Positions 52,191 through 64,000 of a stretch of DNA of 64,000 nucleotides are shown piece by piece. The notes beneath the pieces were generated by a model, which was not told where the DNA came from, searched no databases, and saw nothing but the letters and a program-made list of their open reading frames with translations. The translations under genes and the position numbers were made by a program. The first letter of the stretch is position 1. Each line of letters opens with the position of its first letter. The DNA comes from Camelus ferus (taxonomy: Eukaryota). The stretch spans positions 11,100,001 to 11,164,000 of the forward strand of contig NC_045697.1 of NCBI RefSeq assembly GCF_009834535.1, read 5' to 3'.

Positions 52191-54249
52191 AATAGTAGAT
52201 AATGTTTCTATAGTAAAAAGGTGATGAAGGGGAATGATATTTACCAGCTGCTAATGAACAAAGTTTGAGACCCAGGAGATCAAGTTCTAATTTGGTTCTG
52301 TCAGTACGGAGGGTGTGATCTCTCTTGCCTCATTTAACTTCAACAGGCCTTTGTTTCTGCTTGCCTGAAATGAGGGAGTTGGGTGAGATTACCTCAAATA
52401 TCCTTTACATCCCTCAAGTTCTTTTGAGTCTAGAAAGCTAACTGTGCTGGAGAAAACTTTAGACTTGGATCCAGAGGGAACATGCTAAGTATGCCATTTT
52501 GAATGAGTTAAACTCTCTAAGCATCAATTTCCTTAACTGTTCAATGAACCTACCACGCCCTACCTGGCGGGATTAAGTGAAATAATGCTTGTGAAAGTAA
52601 GTGGCAGGGGCCACAAGCAGATCTGATGTTCTCCTGTGAGTCAAATCCAATTGTGGATTCCATGACTAACTTAAGGAATCTTTCTTCACTTCAGTTAATA
52701 CCACTACCATCAGAGTTGCCCCTATCATCTCAGAATCAGGAAGCAGTCTCTAGCAAGTGATCATCAAAGCCAAGTAAAAGTAAATCAAAAAACATAAATG
52801 TGGCAGATCAAGGCTAATCACAAGGTCTCAAGGATGTAGTTCCCAGGAGCAGAAAGTTCTATCCAAGGAGTGACCATGAATGGGGATTCCCCCTACCCCT
52901 TCACTGATGCTCATAGTCCAACTCTTCCCTTCCTGGTGGCTGTTCCTTTATCGCAGCCTAAGCTAATAACCCACATTCTAAGAGAGGGCTGCAGAAGTCA
53001 CAATGAGGATGGAAGGTTATCACCTCCAACATTCCAGCTATCGTGCTGGCATCTGAGGACATTTCCTCTTGCGGTAACTTTACAGCCTTGCTCTGCAGTT
53101 AGCATTGCAATTCTCCTCCTCACGGATGTGGAGGCTGAGGCGCCACGGGCTTAAATAACTTACCAAAAACAAAACATGCAGGGAGGACTGTTTAATTCCA
53201 CGGGTGGTGCTCTCACGCTTGAGCATGAATCTCAAGAGAAGATAAGAATCTTTGGGGGGATGTGACAAGCTGAGGCAGGGAATCGGAAATCAAACTTCCT
53301 GGTGAACCTGAAAATCAGAGACTGCTCCCCCAAACCACAGGGTTCTCAGATGGGGAGACCGTCAGAATCTAAGTCAGGAGTACCGGATTGTTCTTGACAT
53401 TGGAATAGAGCCTTGCACGTTGCAGGCGAACTCAACATGTTTTTGAATGAATGAATGAATCAGTGAAGGATTGGTTTATATTTAGGTTGCCAGTACCCTA
53501 CTGAGGCATGGATACAATTATTAGTCTTCTGACTTTTTTGTTTTTGTTTTTAGTGCATGTCCTAGCTCTTGCTACAAATCACATTTTTTTTTTGTCTTTG
53601 TTCATCCAACTCTCACCCTCTGGAAGCCTGATCTCCTATTTTCTTTGGCCTCAAACTCCTCTTCCCTTGTTCTGCCTCCTGCTCTCCATCTTCATTCCAA
53701 ATGCTTTCAGAACAAATTACTTTTTCTCCTTTTTTTCACCAGTAGAATATGGGGTGAGAGGGAGGACTTTTTGTTTTTATATACATTGAGATCATATGAC
53801 TTGACTCTATAAACTAAAAAAAAAAGCACTCATTTGAGTTCATTCATGTTAACACCACATGCTTCTTGTTAAGCATCCTATTTTCAATCATGGGAATAAT
53901 AATAATCAGGAAGAGGGTGATTTAAGAAATCCATAAACTAAGCCTGGATTTCTTTAGAAACCAAACAATACCAGACCCTACTGGGAAATATATCTACCCA
54001 TACCAGCTAACGTGCATTTATTCATCCAAGGAATTTTTTCCCCAGTATTTCTTCTATGCAGGGTGCTGTGCTAGACCTGGATTAAAAGGGAGCCGAGGGA
54101 AAAAGTCAGTGTGAGAATATGTGACTCAGGAGTTTTTCAGAATCGGGAAGCTGAGCATGGAATTGATTTTGTTCATTGTAAACAAAAATGTGGGGATAAC
54201 TGGTTGACAGGGGCCCTTCTCCAATTCAACACGCGTTGCTGGGAAATAG

Positions 54250-54470
54250 TACCATGCTTGTGCAGCATCTAGTAAGTGTCAGGCGTTGGGCTAGAGTTTT
54301 TTATGTTAAATTTTAGCCTCAGATCTACTTTCTGAGTCAGGTTTTTAAAAATGAGTCATAAAGACTTAAGTGAACTATTCCAAGTTACAAGGTGTGGAAA
54401 TGCAAGAACAGGGATTTGAACTCCAGTCTGTTGGACCCTGAAGCCCCCTGGCTTCTGCAACCACACTGCA
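54250..54470 (-). mobile_element. MIR SINE
   Basis: 'acttaagtgaactattccaagttaca...gaacagggatttgaactccagtctgttggaccctgaagcc'. Confidence 0.75.
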
Positions 54471-54769
54471 TACATGCGTGGCCACCACCCAGCAGGAAAA
54501 GAGCAGTTTGCCAGTAGCTGGATGCGGGAACTCGGTAAGAGGACAAAGGAAATGGCCATCATACAAATGTCTTGTGAATAAAGTGGGTGTTGGCTTAGAG
54601 ATCCCTCATCCCACCAGGTTGGGGCACCCCACCTCTGCACCACAGCTGCCTGAGTCTTCCTGCGACACTGAGAAGTCCTGCATCACTGCGGTGCTCGCGG
54701 GATCCTGGCGCAGCGAGGAATCACGCAACTGGCCCAAGGGTTAGCACACCGCCTGCCATCCCTGCATAT

Positions 54770-55040
54770 TAGTAGCAGCAGCTCCCACTTACTAAGTGTT
54801 TACCACGGACCAGTCTTGGTGAGCTTTGCTAAGCACTTTGCATCCTTGGTTTCATTTCACCTGCCTAACCCTTGGGAGGAGGTGCTACTATTCTCATTTT
54901 TGAATTTATTGTTAATCATGAGGAAACGGTTGCTTACGAGTTTGCTTTTCAAGGCCCACAATCTAGTTGATAGCAGAACTAGGATTCGAACCTGGCTTTG
55001 CCTCCTACCAAAATCTGTGCTCTGAATCTTTAATCTCTCC
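54770..55040 (-). mobile_element. MIR SINE
   Basis: 'cccacttactaagtgtttacc...aaggcccacaatctagttgatagcagaactaggattcgaacctgg'. Confidence 0.8.
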
Positions 55041-56429
55041 ATTCATCAAATAGTTATGTATACTGAAACCTGTTAACTCCATGCAATTCACACATCAGCC
55101 CAGATGCTCGCAAGTGATATGTGAGAGTTCAAGGAGAAGGACTTGCTGTGGGAAGTGAGCTGGGATAGGGTGCAGAACAGAACCCACAGAGAACAGAAAA
55201 GGCAGGTGCCACAGATGGTCCAGACAGAACCAGAAGAGGTACCACCAGAATTTGTAGGAAAGGATTAGAGTTAATGCACAGGCTACTTTTGTGGAATATT
55301 ATTGTGACTTTCTCTATATACTGCTCACACACACACACACGCACTGCACTGAGATATAGATACGATCCCTCTTTTCCAGTCTTTTTGTGTCTATAAAGTT
55401 CTAAGGTGGAAGAACCCATTCAGACGTTGATAAGGAGATGGACGTGATGCGTGAGCTGGGGCGGACCAGCCAGCAGGTGCGGGCATGTTTACCACGGCCA
55501 GGAAAAGCAAGCATGAACAGCCCACTGGCTTGTTTGATGGGGGCACAATTGAGTCCACGTGGGGCCTTTTCCAAACTGCACAGGTCACTCACTATCGACT
55601 TCATCGACCGGAGTCTGGATTATCCTGATGTGTGGGTGTTTTTTTTTTGGTAAGAGGAGAAGAGGCAGACAGAGGATGGAGGCAATGTAAGGATGACAGG
55701 TTAGGAGCTTCTGAGGAAGTTAGGAAGAAAGGAGAAACCCTGTCTTCAGGTCCAAAAGAAGAAATCAAGGAAATTCTCCTCCCTTCTGAGCAGGGGTGAA
55801 GAGGTGCCTCCCCGTCACCAGCAGGGAGGCTGGGAAGGAGTCATAACATGGGTGCCAGTGAGGAGACCCTGCTCAGACTGAAAGGGACACATGAGAGTTT
55901 AAGGCTTAAACCCAGAGAGTGACAGAGGCCCCAGGAGCTGCCGCCACTGCCCACACACTGGACGGATATGAAATTACAGGTTCTTGCTTTTCCTTTTATT
56001 CCATTTTCTTAAAAAAGCACAGAACAGCACTTTGCTCTGCGGCTATAATTACTGTTACAGCATTCGATTATAATATGGGATCTGATAATAATTTTTAAAA
56101 ATTATAACGTAGCTTCCCTTCTCTCAGCATCTTGAATGATTTGTCCAGGAGACGTAGTTCGGGGCTTTTTCAATTCAGTTGCGTTCAAAACAGAGAATGG
56201 GCTGCATTTCAATGAGGTAGTCGCACTACGTAGATTTTCCCACTCCCAGTCCGTAGGCTCAGCGTTAGAACAAAGAGCATCTCAGAGCCTAAATTCCGTC
56301 TCTGCCTTCTGTTCTTGCCCCTGGAAATCCTCCTCTCTTAATATATATGTTCAGGTCTTGATATGTTATTTTCAATATGGTTTTTAAAAATATAGAACAA
56401 TATATCAGATTTCTAGTTTTGGATTCTAC

Positions 56430-56800
56430 GTAAGATAAGGTTCAGTCGAAGAAGCAAAAACCACTTTAGATATTACAAGCAGAGGGACTGTAACACAGGG
56501 CATTGTTTTCACAGAGGGTGGAGGAGCTGCAACCACAAACTGGGGACAGTGAGCGATCTAGAAACGACCCACAGCAGGAAGCGCCCATGAGCCGGACAGC
56601 CGGCGCTGGAGACAGGAGTTTAGGATCCAAGACCACTTGGTGAGAGCTGGAACCACTCAGGAGCTGGGATGTGGAGGGAAGGGCTGTCCCAGAAGAGCTG
56701 GATCATGGAGGACATTCAGCCTCTGCTGGAGACAGCCTCCACATTGGCCAGACATGGGTTCATACATAGAACAGCCTGTGAGCGCCCCAAAGGACAGCGC
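56430..56800 (-). mobile_element. Probable old ERVL-class LTR fragment
   Basis: 'ggttcagtcgaagaagcaaaaaccactttagatattacaagcagaggga...acagcaggaagc...agagctggaacca' resembles recalled old LTR consensus; subfamily uncertain. Confidence 0.45.
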
Positions 56801-58396
56801 CAGCGAGGAGTCTTGGTGGTTTCCCAGGCCTTAGATGTAACAGATACAAGTCTGATCGACCTGGGTTCAAATCCTGGTTCTTCCACTTACAAGACTTCTG
56901 ACTCTCATTCTGGAAGATGAAATGAAAAATTGAAACATGACCTAAGCCCGCCTGAGCTCAGGAAATGAGTAGCTTCCTATTGTCCTGCCGTCTTGCCTGG
57001 GTTGCCAATGAGTTACGATGCAGTTGGAGAGCTAATGGCTTCTATTTGTTCATCTCTCTAAATCACTTACTGTATACAGTGCGACCTAATGGAATTGACT
57101 GTATCTGGTTGGAAAGTTCTAAGAACAGTGAGGCCTTGCAGTTGTAAATATGAGCATCTCTTTGCAGAGCTCCACCTTCCTTAGCGCCATCTCTAAGGAG
57201 AAAATCACAATGAAAGCAGCTTCAGAAGGAGGCTGCACAAAGGGTCAGCCCAAATTGGGTGAATCCCACGTGCACTTTATCAACCTCAGCTATCCGATCA
57301 AATAAACAAAGATGTTGGGCTAATCTCCACTGGCCAAGTGCTCTTAAAAAGAGAACACACTGTCCCCACTCTCTAACTCATGGGGAAATTTATCACAAGG
57401 ATGTGTGCTATAAACAACACCACACCAGCTACTGCCAAGACGTCCTGGTCAAGTACCAACTCGTACTTGGAAGATCTATGGTTTTTAACACCTGCTATGA
57501 TATCCTCTTGGGAGCTGGGATCGGTCCTTTTAAGTGAGGGACTGCTGCTAGGCTCTGGGGAAAGAAGGCAAACAATTATAAATACTGTCAACTAAGTCTG
57601 ATTCGAAACTTGAACTTGAGAGTTGACACAGGAGAAACTTACAAGGGAGAGAGAGAGAGTTAGACTTCAGTAACTTAAGTTATATTGGAGTAAACTTCCT
57701 AAAGCTTTAAATAATAGGATTCTAGAAATGTTTTAAATATAGTTTAAAACCACTGTGTAATTGATCAGAAAGGAGCAAGTTGGAGATGGACAGTTTCGCC
57801 CAGGTTGCAAAGAAGCCATCTCAGATTTCCTCCCATGCCCCTGAAAAATAAGCCTCTCCACCACTGTTTATTAATCATCTGTTATATACCAGGCAAATCA
57901 TTTCCACTGAGGATTTCTAAGTCTCGCTGCACGCCTGCAAGGCATGCATCATTAGATTTACCTAAATCTTAGAGATGAGAAAACCAAGATGAGAGAAGTC
58001 AGGTGGGGCACCCTAGGTCAAGGGAACAGAAGTGTGATTCCAATCCAGGGCTGCTCGCCTCTAAGGCTGTAAGGTCTTTCTTCTTTCCGCTAGACCACTC
58101 TGTCTCTTCTGTGAGAAACTATTACTCATTCATTTATTCATTAAAAAAATAGTCAATGAAGGCTAACTGTGTACCTGGAACTGTACTAGCCTCAGAAACT
58201 GCAAGAATAAGCACGATACCGAGCAGCTTTGCAAACGCAGAATATTCACAGTAACTCGAAGTTTCTCCGTCCTGAAAGGAAACAGGCTATTCTGTAAACA
58301 AGGACTGCATGTGCCATTACAGGCATTTATGTGATGCTACCCATTAGGTAGCAGAGGAGACTTATTAACCACAGGATAGAATGAAGGAGATGGAAT

Positions 58397-59039
58397 TGAG
58401 ACAGGAAGGAAGGAGGCAGGGCACAGACATTAAAGGAATAACACAGCAATTAGCACCAAGACAGTGGAAAAGTCAACTCCCAGTAGACCTTGAGGCCCTA
58501 GATGGCAGGAGATTTGGCTTCCAATGGACCTTGAGCTTCATTATATGCTCATTGTAATATATTAGCATGATAAATGGCACTCCCCCAGGTGCCATGACGG
58601 TTCTGAGGCTGACCTTGAAAGGTCAAAAAAAAGGTTGGTAGCCCAATTCCTGGGAATCCCAGCCCCTTGGAATAATCCTCCCACTTGTTAGCATATGAAG
58701 CTACCGAACCCATAAAACCAACAACCCCCAAGACCTTGTGGTCACTCTCCCCTCTGAGTGAGATAGATCACACTCTGCCTATGGAATGTGTATCTGCTTC
58801 TACTGTAAACTAAACACCCACCCCAACACCTCATGGCCTCTCCGGCCTTCTGAGACGGCCTACACTTGGTTGTCTATGGAGAGTGCACCTCTGAATAAAT
58901 CTACTTTTACTCAGTTATGGCTCACTCTCGAATTCTTTTCCGCACAAAGCCAAGGACCCTCACTTCAAGGGGCGAGTCCCAGGGACTCGTCCAAGACCCA
59001 GGATACGGCCGTCTTCTTGTGCCCCTTTTGCCTGTATCA
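58397..59039 (+). mobile_element. MER41-type ERV1 solo LTR, complete
   Basis: TG...CA (tgagacagg...cctgtatca), perfect 4-bp TSD gaat/gaat; MER41-like blocks 'attagcatg...cactcccccaggtgccatgac', 'gaataatcctcccacttgttagcatat', 'gtctatggag', AATAAA, 'gaattcttt...ccaaggaccctc'. Confidence 0.88.
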
Positions 59040-60985
59040 GAATCAGAAGTATAAGAACGAACACCGTGGTTCTCACATCGGAGCTCAGTCTTAGCTTGGC
59101 CAGTCAGTTGTCAGCTTTTGTTTCAGGCTTTCTTTGGGAAACAGACAGTTCACATCTTCTATACTCTTATTCTCCCATTCTCATTCTAGAATAAAAGGGA
59201 GAAATTAGCCCACTTTCTTCCTGGGGTGATGATCATCAGAAAGAGTTTGGGTGTCTGAAAAATTCAGGTTTCCATTCCTTCTGTTAGGGACCCCCGCTCT
59301 GCTTACATGAACGATCCTTTGAGAAGCTTCTTCTGGTCCTGAACTTGATTTACATCCTTTCTCTACCTGCTAATTGCCAACACTGCTTATGGTTACAGAG
59401 TTGAGTTCCTGACCTTTCCTTTTTGATATTCCAACAACTTCTTTGTGGCCTTGGAGACATCCTGAAAAGCACAGGATTGAAGTAGTATAAATATTGTGTG
59501 ACCACGGTGCCTCTGGCTTCATCATGAGAGGCAAAAATGTGTATCTGGAGGGAGAAATCCTACAGGAAAAGCAGCATCCTAGGAGTATCAAAACATCAAA
59601 ATATGTAGCCGCATATAAACTTGTGTGGTTACACATCCTAATTTGATCAACTGGAAGTTAAATGTAAATATATGACTCATGCCTGGAGGATATAGAGCAG
59701 AAAACAATCTTCCATTAATTGCGGAGACCTTCAAATTAAGCACAGTTGATGTCTTCCTATCAAGTCTCTCGCTGATATACAAACAAATAAAAAGTTAGGT
59801 GCAATCTCGTCCTTAGGGAAATATCAAGTCTAAAATCCAACAGCAGCAGGAAGGAGGTTACTTCCAACCTGAGACTCGGAACGTGGATATATATGGGCCC
59901 TGGTGCCCTGAGCATGTAATATTTATCACAGTCATACAACTTTAATTTTTTCTTCTTTGCTGGGGAAAGAAAGACTACTTCTTTTTTTTTTTTTTTTTTC
60001 CTCTGCTTTTGATAAAGCTCAGCACTGCAGAGGGAAAGAAAAAAAGAGAACCTCTTCCATTTGGAATTTTCCACTGCCTCCATCAGTCTAGTTGGGCAAA
60101 CATAGCGGGAGACACAGAGCCAGAAAGGAATGCAGGAATGATGATTTGTCCTGGTGAATTTCAGAAATGCTTCAGGGTCCTCAAGGCTGATGGTTAACCT
60201 GTGTTAAGTGGGTGATTATGCCTGATTCACTTCTGCATTCTCTCTGGATACGCAGAGTGGCTCCTATGCAGACACAGAAAGCGTGAGATGGCTGTCTGCT
60301 CTGGAAACCCAAGGCGGTTTGCCCCTTGCTGTGAACATTTGCTTTAATTCCTGTCTCCCTTGGGGGTAGAAATGAGTATAAAAGTATTGCTCCCCAAATT
60401 TCCTCCCCCCACCTCCAAGCCCCACTTATTTTTAGACTTGAGAATTAGGTAATTCTCTGGGCCAGGACCCCTGTAATTCTAGAAGAAAGAGAGCAAATAA
60501 AACAAGTTTTGGGGGCCTTGGCTGGGCTTAGTGGAGGAGACAGGTAGTGAGGACACCACATCACAGGGCAGGCAGGGAGTGAGTCCCAGAGAAAGAGAAT
60601 CAAACATCTGTCTATTTATGATTCCAGATTTAACTTGAGTCTCACCCATTTGGGGACCTAAGAGACTTTAGAGAGAACAGGCACCTGTCTGGCCCAAGAA
60701 ACTTCTGGCATGATTGCGCCCTGGCACAACGGGGCACTTACTCCCCCCGGGGATGACTTTTACACTTTCTGTAGCCTGCATCCGTTTGACACTGTGACAA
60801 AAGTCTATAGTCCCTGTTGCTGGAAGAATTCACAGACATACAAATATTCAAACATTTGTATTATGTTTTCAGGGCACTGACAGGCCCGGAAGCCCGCTCT
60901 TGGGGCCCCTTGGACCCTGAGTTATGGATCCATGCTAGAGGAACCTACGAAATAATCAAAGTGCACTACTAGCCACAACTTGTAA

Positions 60986-61041
60986 AATAATAATAATAAC
61001 AGTAGTAATAATAATAATAGTAATAATAATAACAATAATAA
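60986..61041. repeat. (AAT)n imperfect trinucleotide repeat
   Basis: aataataataataacagtagtaataataataatagtaataataat. Confidence 0.9.
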
Positions 61042-62570
61042 GGAGTTGGGAAAAGGAAGATGACTAGAAAGAAAGGGAAGTACAGAGATTCCTGAACAAG
61101 GAGTTTTTGTTCCCCTATCCAAAGTGGTACCAAAAAGCCATTAACTTCTTGCACTGATAAAAAATAAGAGTTATGATCATAACTCTCTGGAGTTTGTTAA
61201 ATGATGATCACTTGCCTGCCATTGTCCTAAGCGTTAGCTGTATCAGGACTTTAAATCTGCACAGCTCTGGAAGGCAGGTACTTTGTGCACATGAACGGAT
61301 GAGCACACCGTGGGCCAGAGGGAATAAAGCTATGAATCTCAGCCATATGATGCTAGAGCCTCCAGGATGAATAAGGCGCAACTGGTGTTCATGCCAGATT
61401 TTGTCCTCACACCAGAGCCTGCAACACACATCCCAACTCAAGTTTCAATCCGGGTATGCCCTGCAAAGATTTAGGAAGGCTAGAGGGGGAAACGCCTTGC
61501 GGGAGGTGGTGTATAAGCCAACGTGGTAGATCAAACCCAGATGTGAACAGCTCGAATGCCTAATGGAGTGTTTTGCTTCTTGCACAGAAACACCCTTCAT
61601 TAAAATGACCAATGAACTATGATGATACTCCTCTTGTATGCAGTGAGGATTCTGTCAGTCACATACCAGCTGTGATGGATCAGTGTTCTTAAAACAGAGA
61701 GGAAGGAAGGGTGGAAAGAAGGGGGCGAAGGCTGTAGAGAAAGCCTCTTCGGCATTTCTTCTGAAAATTGGAGGAAAGTGTGAATGCACAAGTATATATG
61801 GTGACATGTTTGTAAAATGCCAATTCACAAGCAACTACCGGGGTCAGGAATCAATTAAAATCTTTCCGGTAACTGTTCCCAAACGTGCAGACCAAATCCT
61901 GGCCAAAGAAGCTTCCTCACAGTGTGGGCATTTAGCTAAGCTCCGCAGCTTTGGGTCGAACAAAATAAAACCCATCACAGGTTGGACTGGCAGCCCTGGA
62001 AGTGGTCCATGGAGCTGTGGTTTTCGGCTTTAGCTCTGACTCAGTGGCATGATGTGACCAGCCACGAGGCAACTTAAACTATTCAAAGTCCGAATGATTC
62101 ATCCTGTGCAAGTACTGAAGTGGGCTGCAGGTTATCCCCACAGATTTGCATCCCAGGCTGCCCCTTGGGAAGAAGATCTGAAAAGACTGGTGTATCAGGC
62201 CGCTAACCAGGTACCTTGCCCTGGTTCGTGTCAGTGCGGGCACGTGCACCTCAGCAGAAAGCAAGCCAGTACGTGTGCGTGGGAAGTGCTGCATTCACAC
62301 TCCACGGGGACGTGCACCCAGACAGTGGCCCTCAGCCTCAGCATCGCCAGTGTCCATCCCCAGCCTCTCTATGCTGATGCGGGATCATCATAGAACCAGA
62401 GACACATCACAAAAGGCGACATCTTTAGCAAGAAAAAGTTAATGAAGCTTTTAAAAGAATGGAAAGCCTTACAAAATGTTGCAAAAAGAAATTATAGGAA
62501 AAATCATAATGCTTTAAAATACAGCTGGATAGCTGAAGCCTGTGCACCACCTAATCAGAATCAGCTAAAC

Positions 62571-62896
62571 CAGAGGCTGGCAAATGTTTCCTATCAAGGG
62601 CCAAGCAGAAGCATCTCAGGCGTGGCGGCCCGGGAGGTCTCTCCAGTCCGCCCTAGCGGCGGGAAAGCAGCCAGAGATGGCGTGCACAGGCCTGGGCCCG
62701 GCTGTGGGCCAGTAGGACTCCATGTATGGACGCTGAAGTTCCCGTTTCATGTAACTTTCATGTGCTGTCAAATCGTATTCTTCTTTTAATTTTTCCCCCC
62801 AAGCATCTAAAAATGTAAAAACCATTCTTAGCTTGACAGCCATTCACAAAGACAGGGTGGGTCTGAAGGGCCCAGGGCTGTAGTTGGTCCTCCCTG
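62571..62896. mobile_element. MER58B hAT MITE
   Basis: 'cagaggctggcaaatgtttcctatcaagggcca...aaagcagccagag...tttcatgtaactttcatgtg...aaaaatgtaaaaaccattcttagct'. Confidence 0.85.
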
Positions 62897-63646
62897 GATT
62901 GGGTCACTAATATGGTGACATCTGAGCAATGGGACCCCTGACGTGACTCTCAGGCAGTTATAGGGTGACTCTGGGAAACAAAGCCCTTGGGGAGAGAAGG
63001 GATGGAAAGGACAGCAGGCCCAGCCATAGGACAGACGGCCTTCTCAGCCCTTCTGCGTGGCTGAGGGCACTTGACGGTGTTTGTGAACCTTCACAGGCCC
63101 CGAGGCAGAAAGCAAACATTTTTTGCCGCACACGGTGGGATGTTGTGGAGCCTAGAAGCTGGTTTCTCCGCTGTCCTTTTCACTGGGGCAGCTCAAACCC
63201 TGCAAGAGGCTGACATTTCAGTAATGAACTAATGTTACTCTGACAAAATGAAACAAAAACAATCCAAGTCACCATTTACGTTAAGACATTTTTCTTTGAA
63301 GGCATTACTATAGATGAAAAAATAAAGTCTGCTCCAAGAATCAGGTTGGGTTGTCTCTCCACAGCCTGGTTTTGGCCCTGTAGGAACCAGGGCTATGATT
63401 CCAGGGTGAGGCAGAGCTGATGAAGGGGGAGTGGCCGAAGGCACTGGAATCCCCCAGCATGACCACAGACCCATTCGTCAAAGGCCTTTATCTATTGTAG
63501 CTTGGTCGTGGAAGCGGTCCATTACCTGTGTCAGCCAATCAGGGTGTCATTTTGTGCCATCTCTGGTTGTGAAAAAGTCCTTTTAAGAGAAGCTGTCAAG
63601 CCCCTTCCAGGATGGGTCTACATGACCTTGGCCACTATGCTGCCAT

Positions 63647-63826
63647 CAGGTGCTCCCCTCGGCCCAGACAACTGTATTAGACTCACATGCAGAGCTTTAA
63701 AAAAAAAATACAGATTCTTAAGGTCCACCCAGACTGTTTCTGATTCAGTCAATGGATGTGTATTTGGAAAAAAAAAAAAAAGTCACCCAGGTCATTCTAA
63801 TATTAGTCGGGTTTGAGCTCACTTCT
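63647..63826. mobile_element. MER5A/B hAT MITE
   Basis: 'gagctttaaaaaaaaaatacagattc...ccacccagac...ctgattcag...cccaggtcattctaat...ggtttgag'. Confidence 0.75.
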
Positions 63827-64000
63827 CTAGTTAACCAGCCAGGCCAGTCTTCACAGCAGTGAAGGAGTGTGGAAACGGTCGCTGACAGTCTCCACAGAAA
63901 TCGCTGTGGCCAAGCTCGGCGTGAGCCTCGGGGACTGCCAAGCATTCTATTTCCATCCTGAGTAACATAGAATTACAAGTTTTTACACAATTTCGGCTTT

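Noticed and set aside
56779..56801. REST/RE1-like site ggacagcgcc
   Set aside because: Only the right half-site matches; the left half is degenerate with non-canonical spacing
57176..57200. Second CTCF-like motif (minus strand agatggcgcta)
   Set aside because: The 5' half of the core mismatches the consensus at four positions
1..64000. CRISPR array, operon or other prokaryotic/viral system
   Set aside because: No regularly spaced repeat-spacer array and no gene-dense coding; the repeat landscape is mammalian

Overview
Mammalian genomic DNA, not prokaryotic. It is CpG-depleted with no clear CpG island and is dense in ancient interspersed repeats (MIR, L2, MLT1/MaLR LTRs, hAT and Tigger DNA-transposon fossils). 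Three tRNA-Ala-derived SINEs with TAAA-rich tails resemble the camelid Vic-1 family, and I saw no Alu, Bov-tA or PRE-1, so a camelid source (alpaca/llama/camel) is likely. I recognise no protein-coding gene; the supplied ORFs look like chance frames, apart from a decayed hAT/Charlie transposase N-terminus near 26.3-26.5 kb. The window reads as intergenic or large-intron DNA. The most notable items are a complete MER41-type ERV1 solo LTR with an altered STAT motif and a compound nuclear-receptor element, two convergent exon-like units sharing a near-palindromic double splice donor (22.8-23.15 kb), a fold-back next to a tandemly duplicated CTCF-like site (12.5-12.8 kb), a perfect 13-bp hairpin beside a GC box (39.2 kb), and several nested insertions with readable target-site duplications (TSDs). 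I found no convincing previously undescribed multi-gene system. Repeat family names come from recalled consensus similarity, boundaries are approximate unless TSD/TIR-defined, and all need RepeatMasker/Dfam confirmation.
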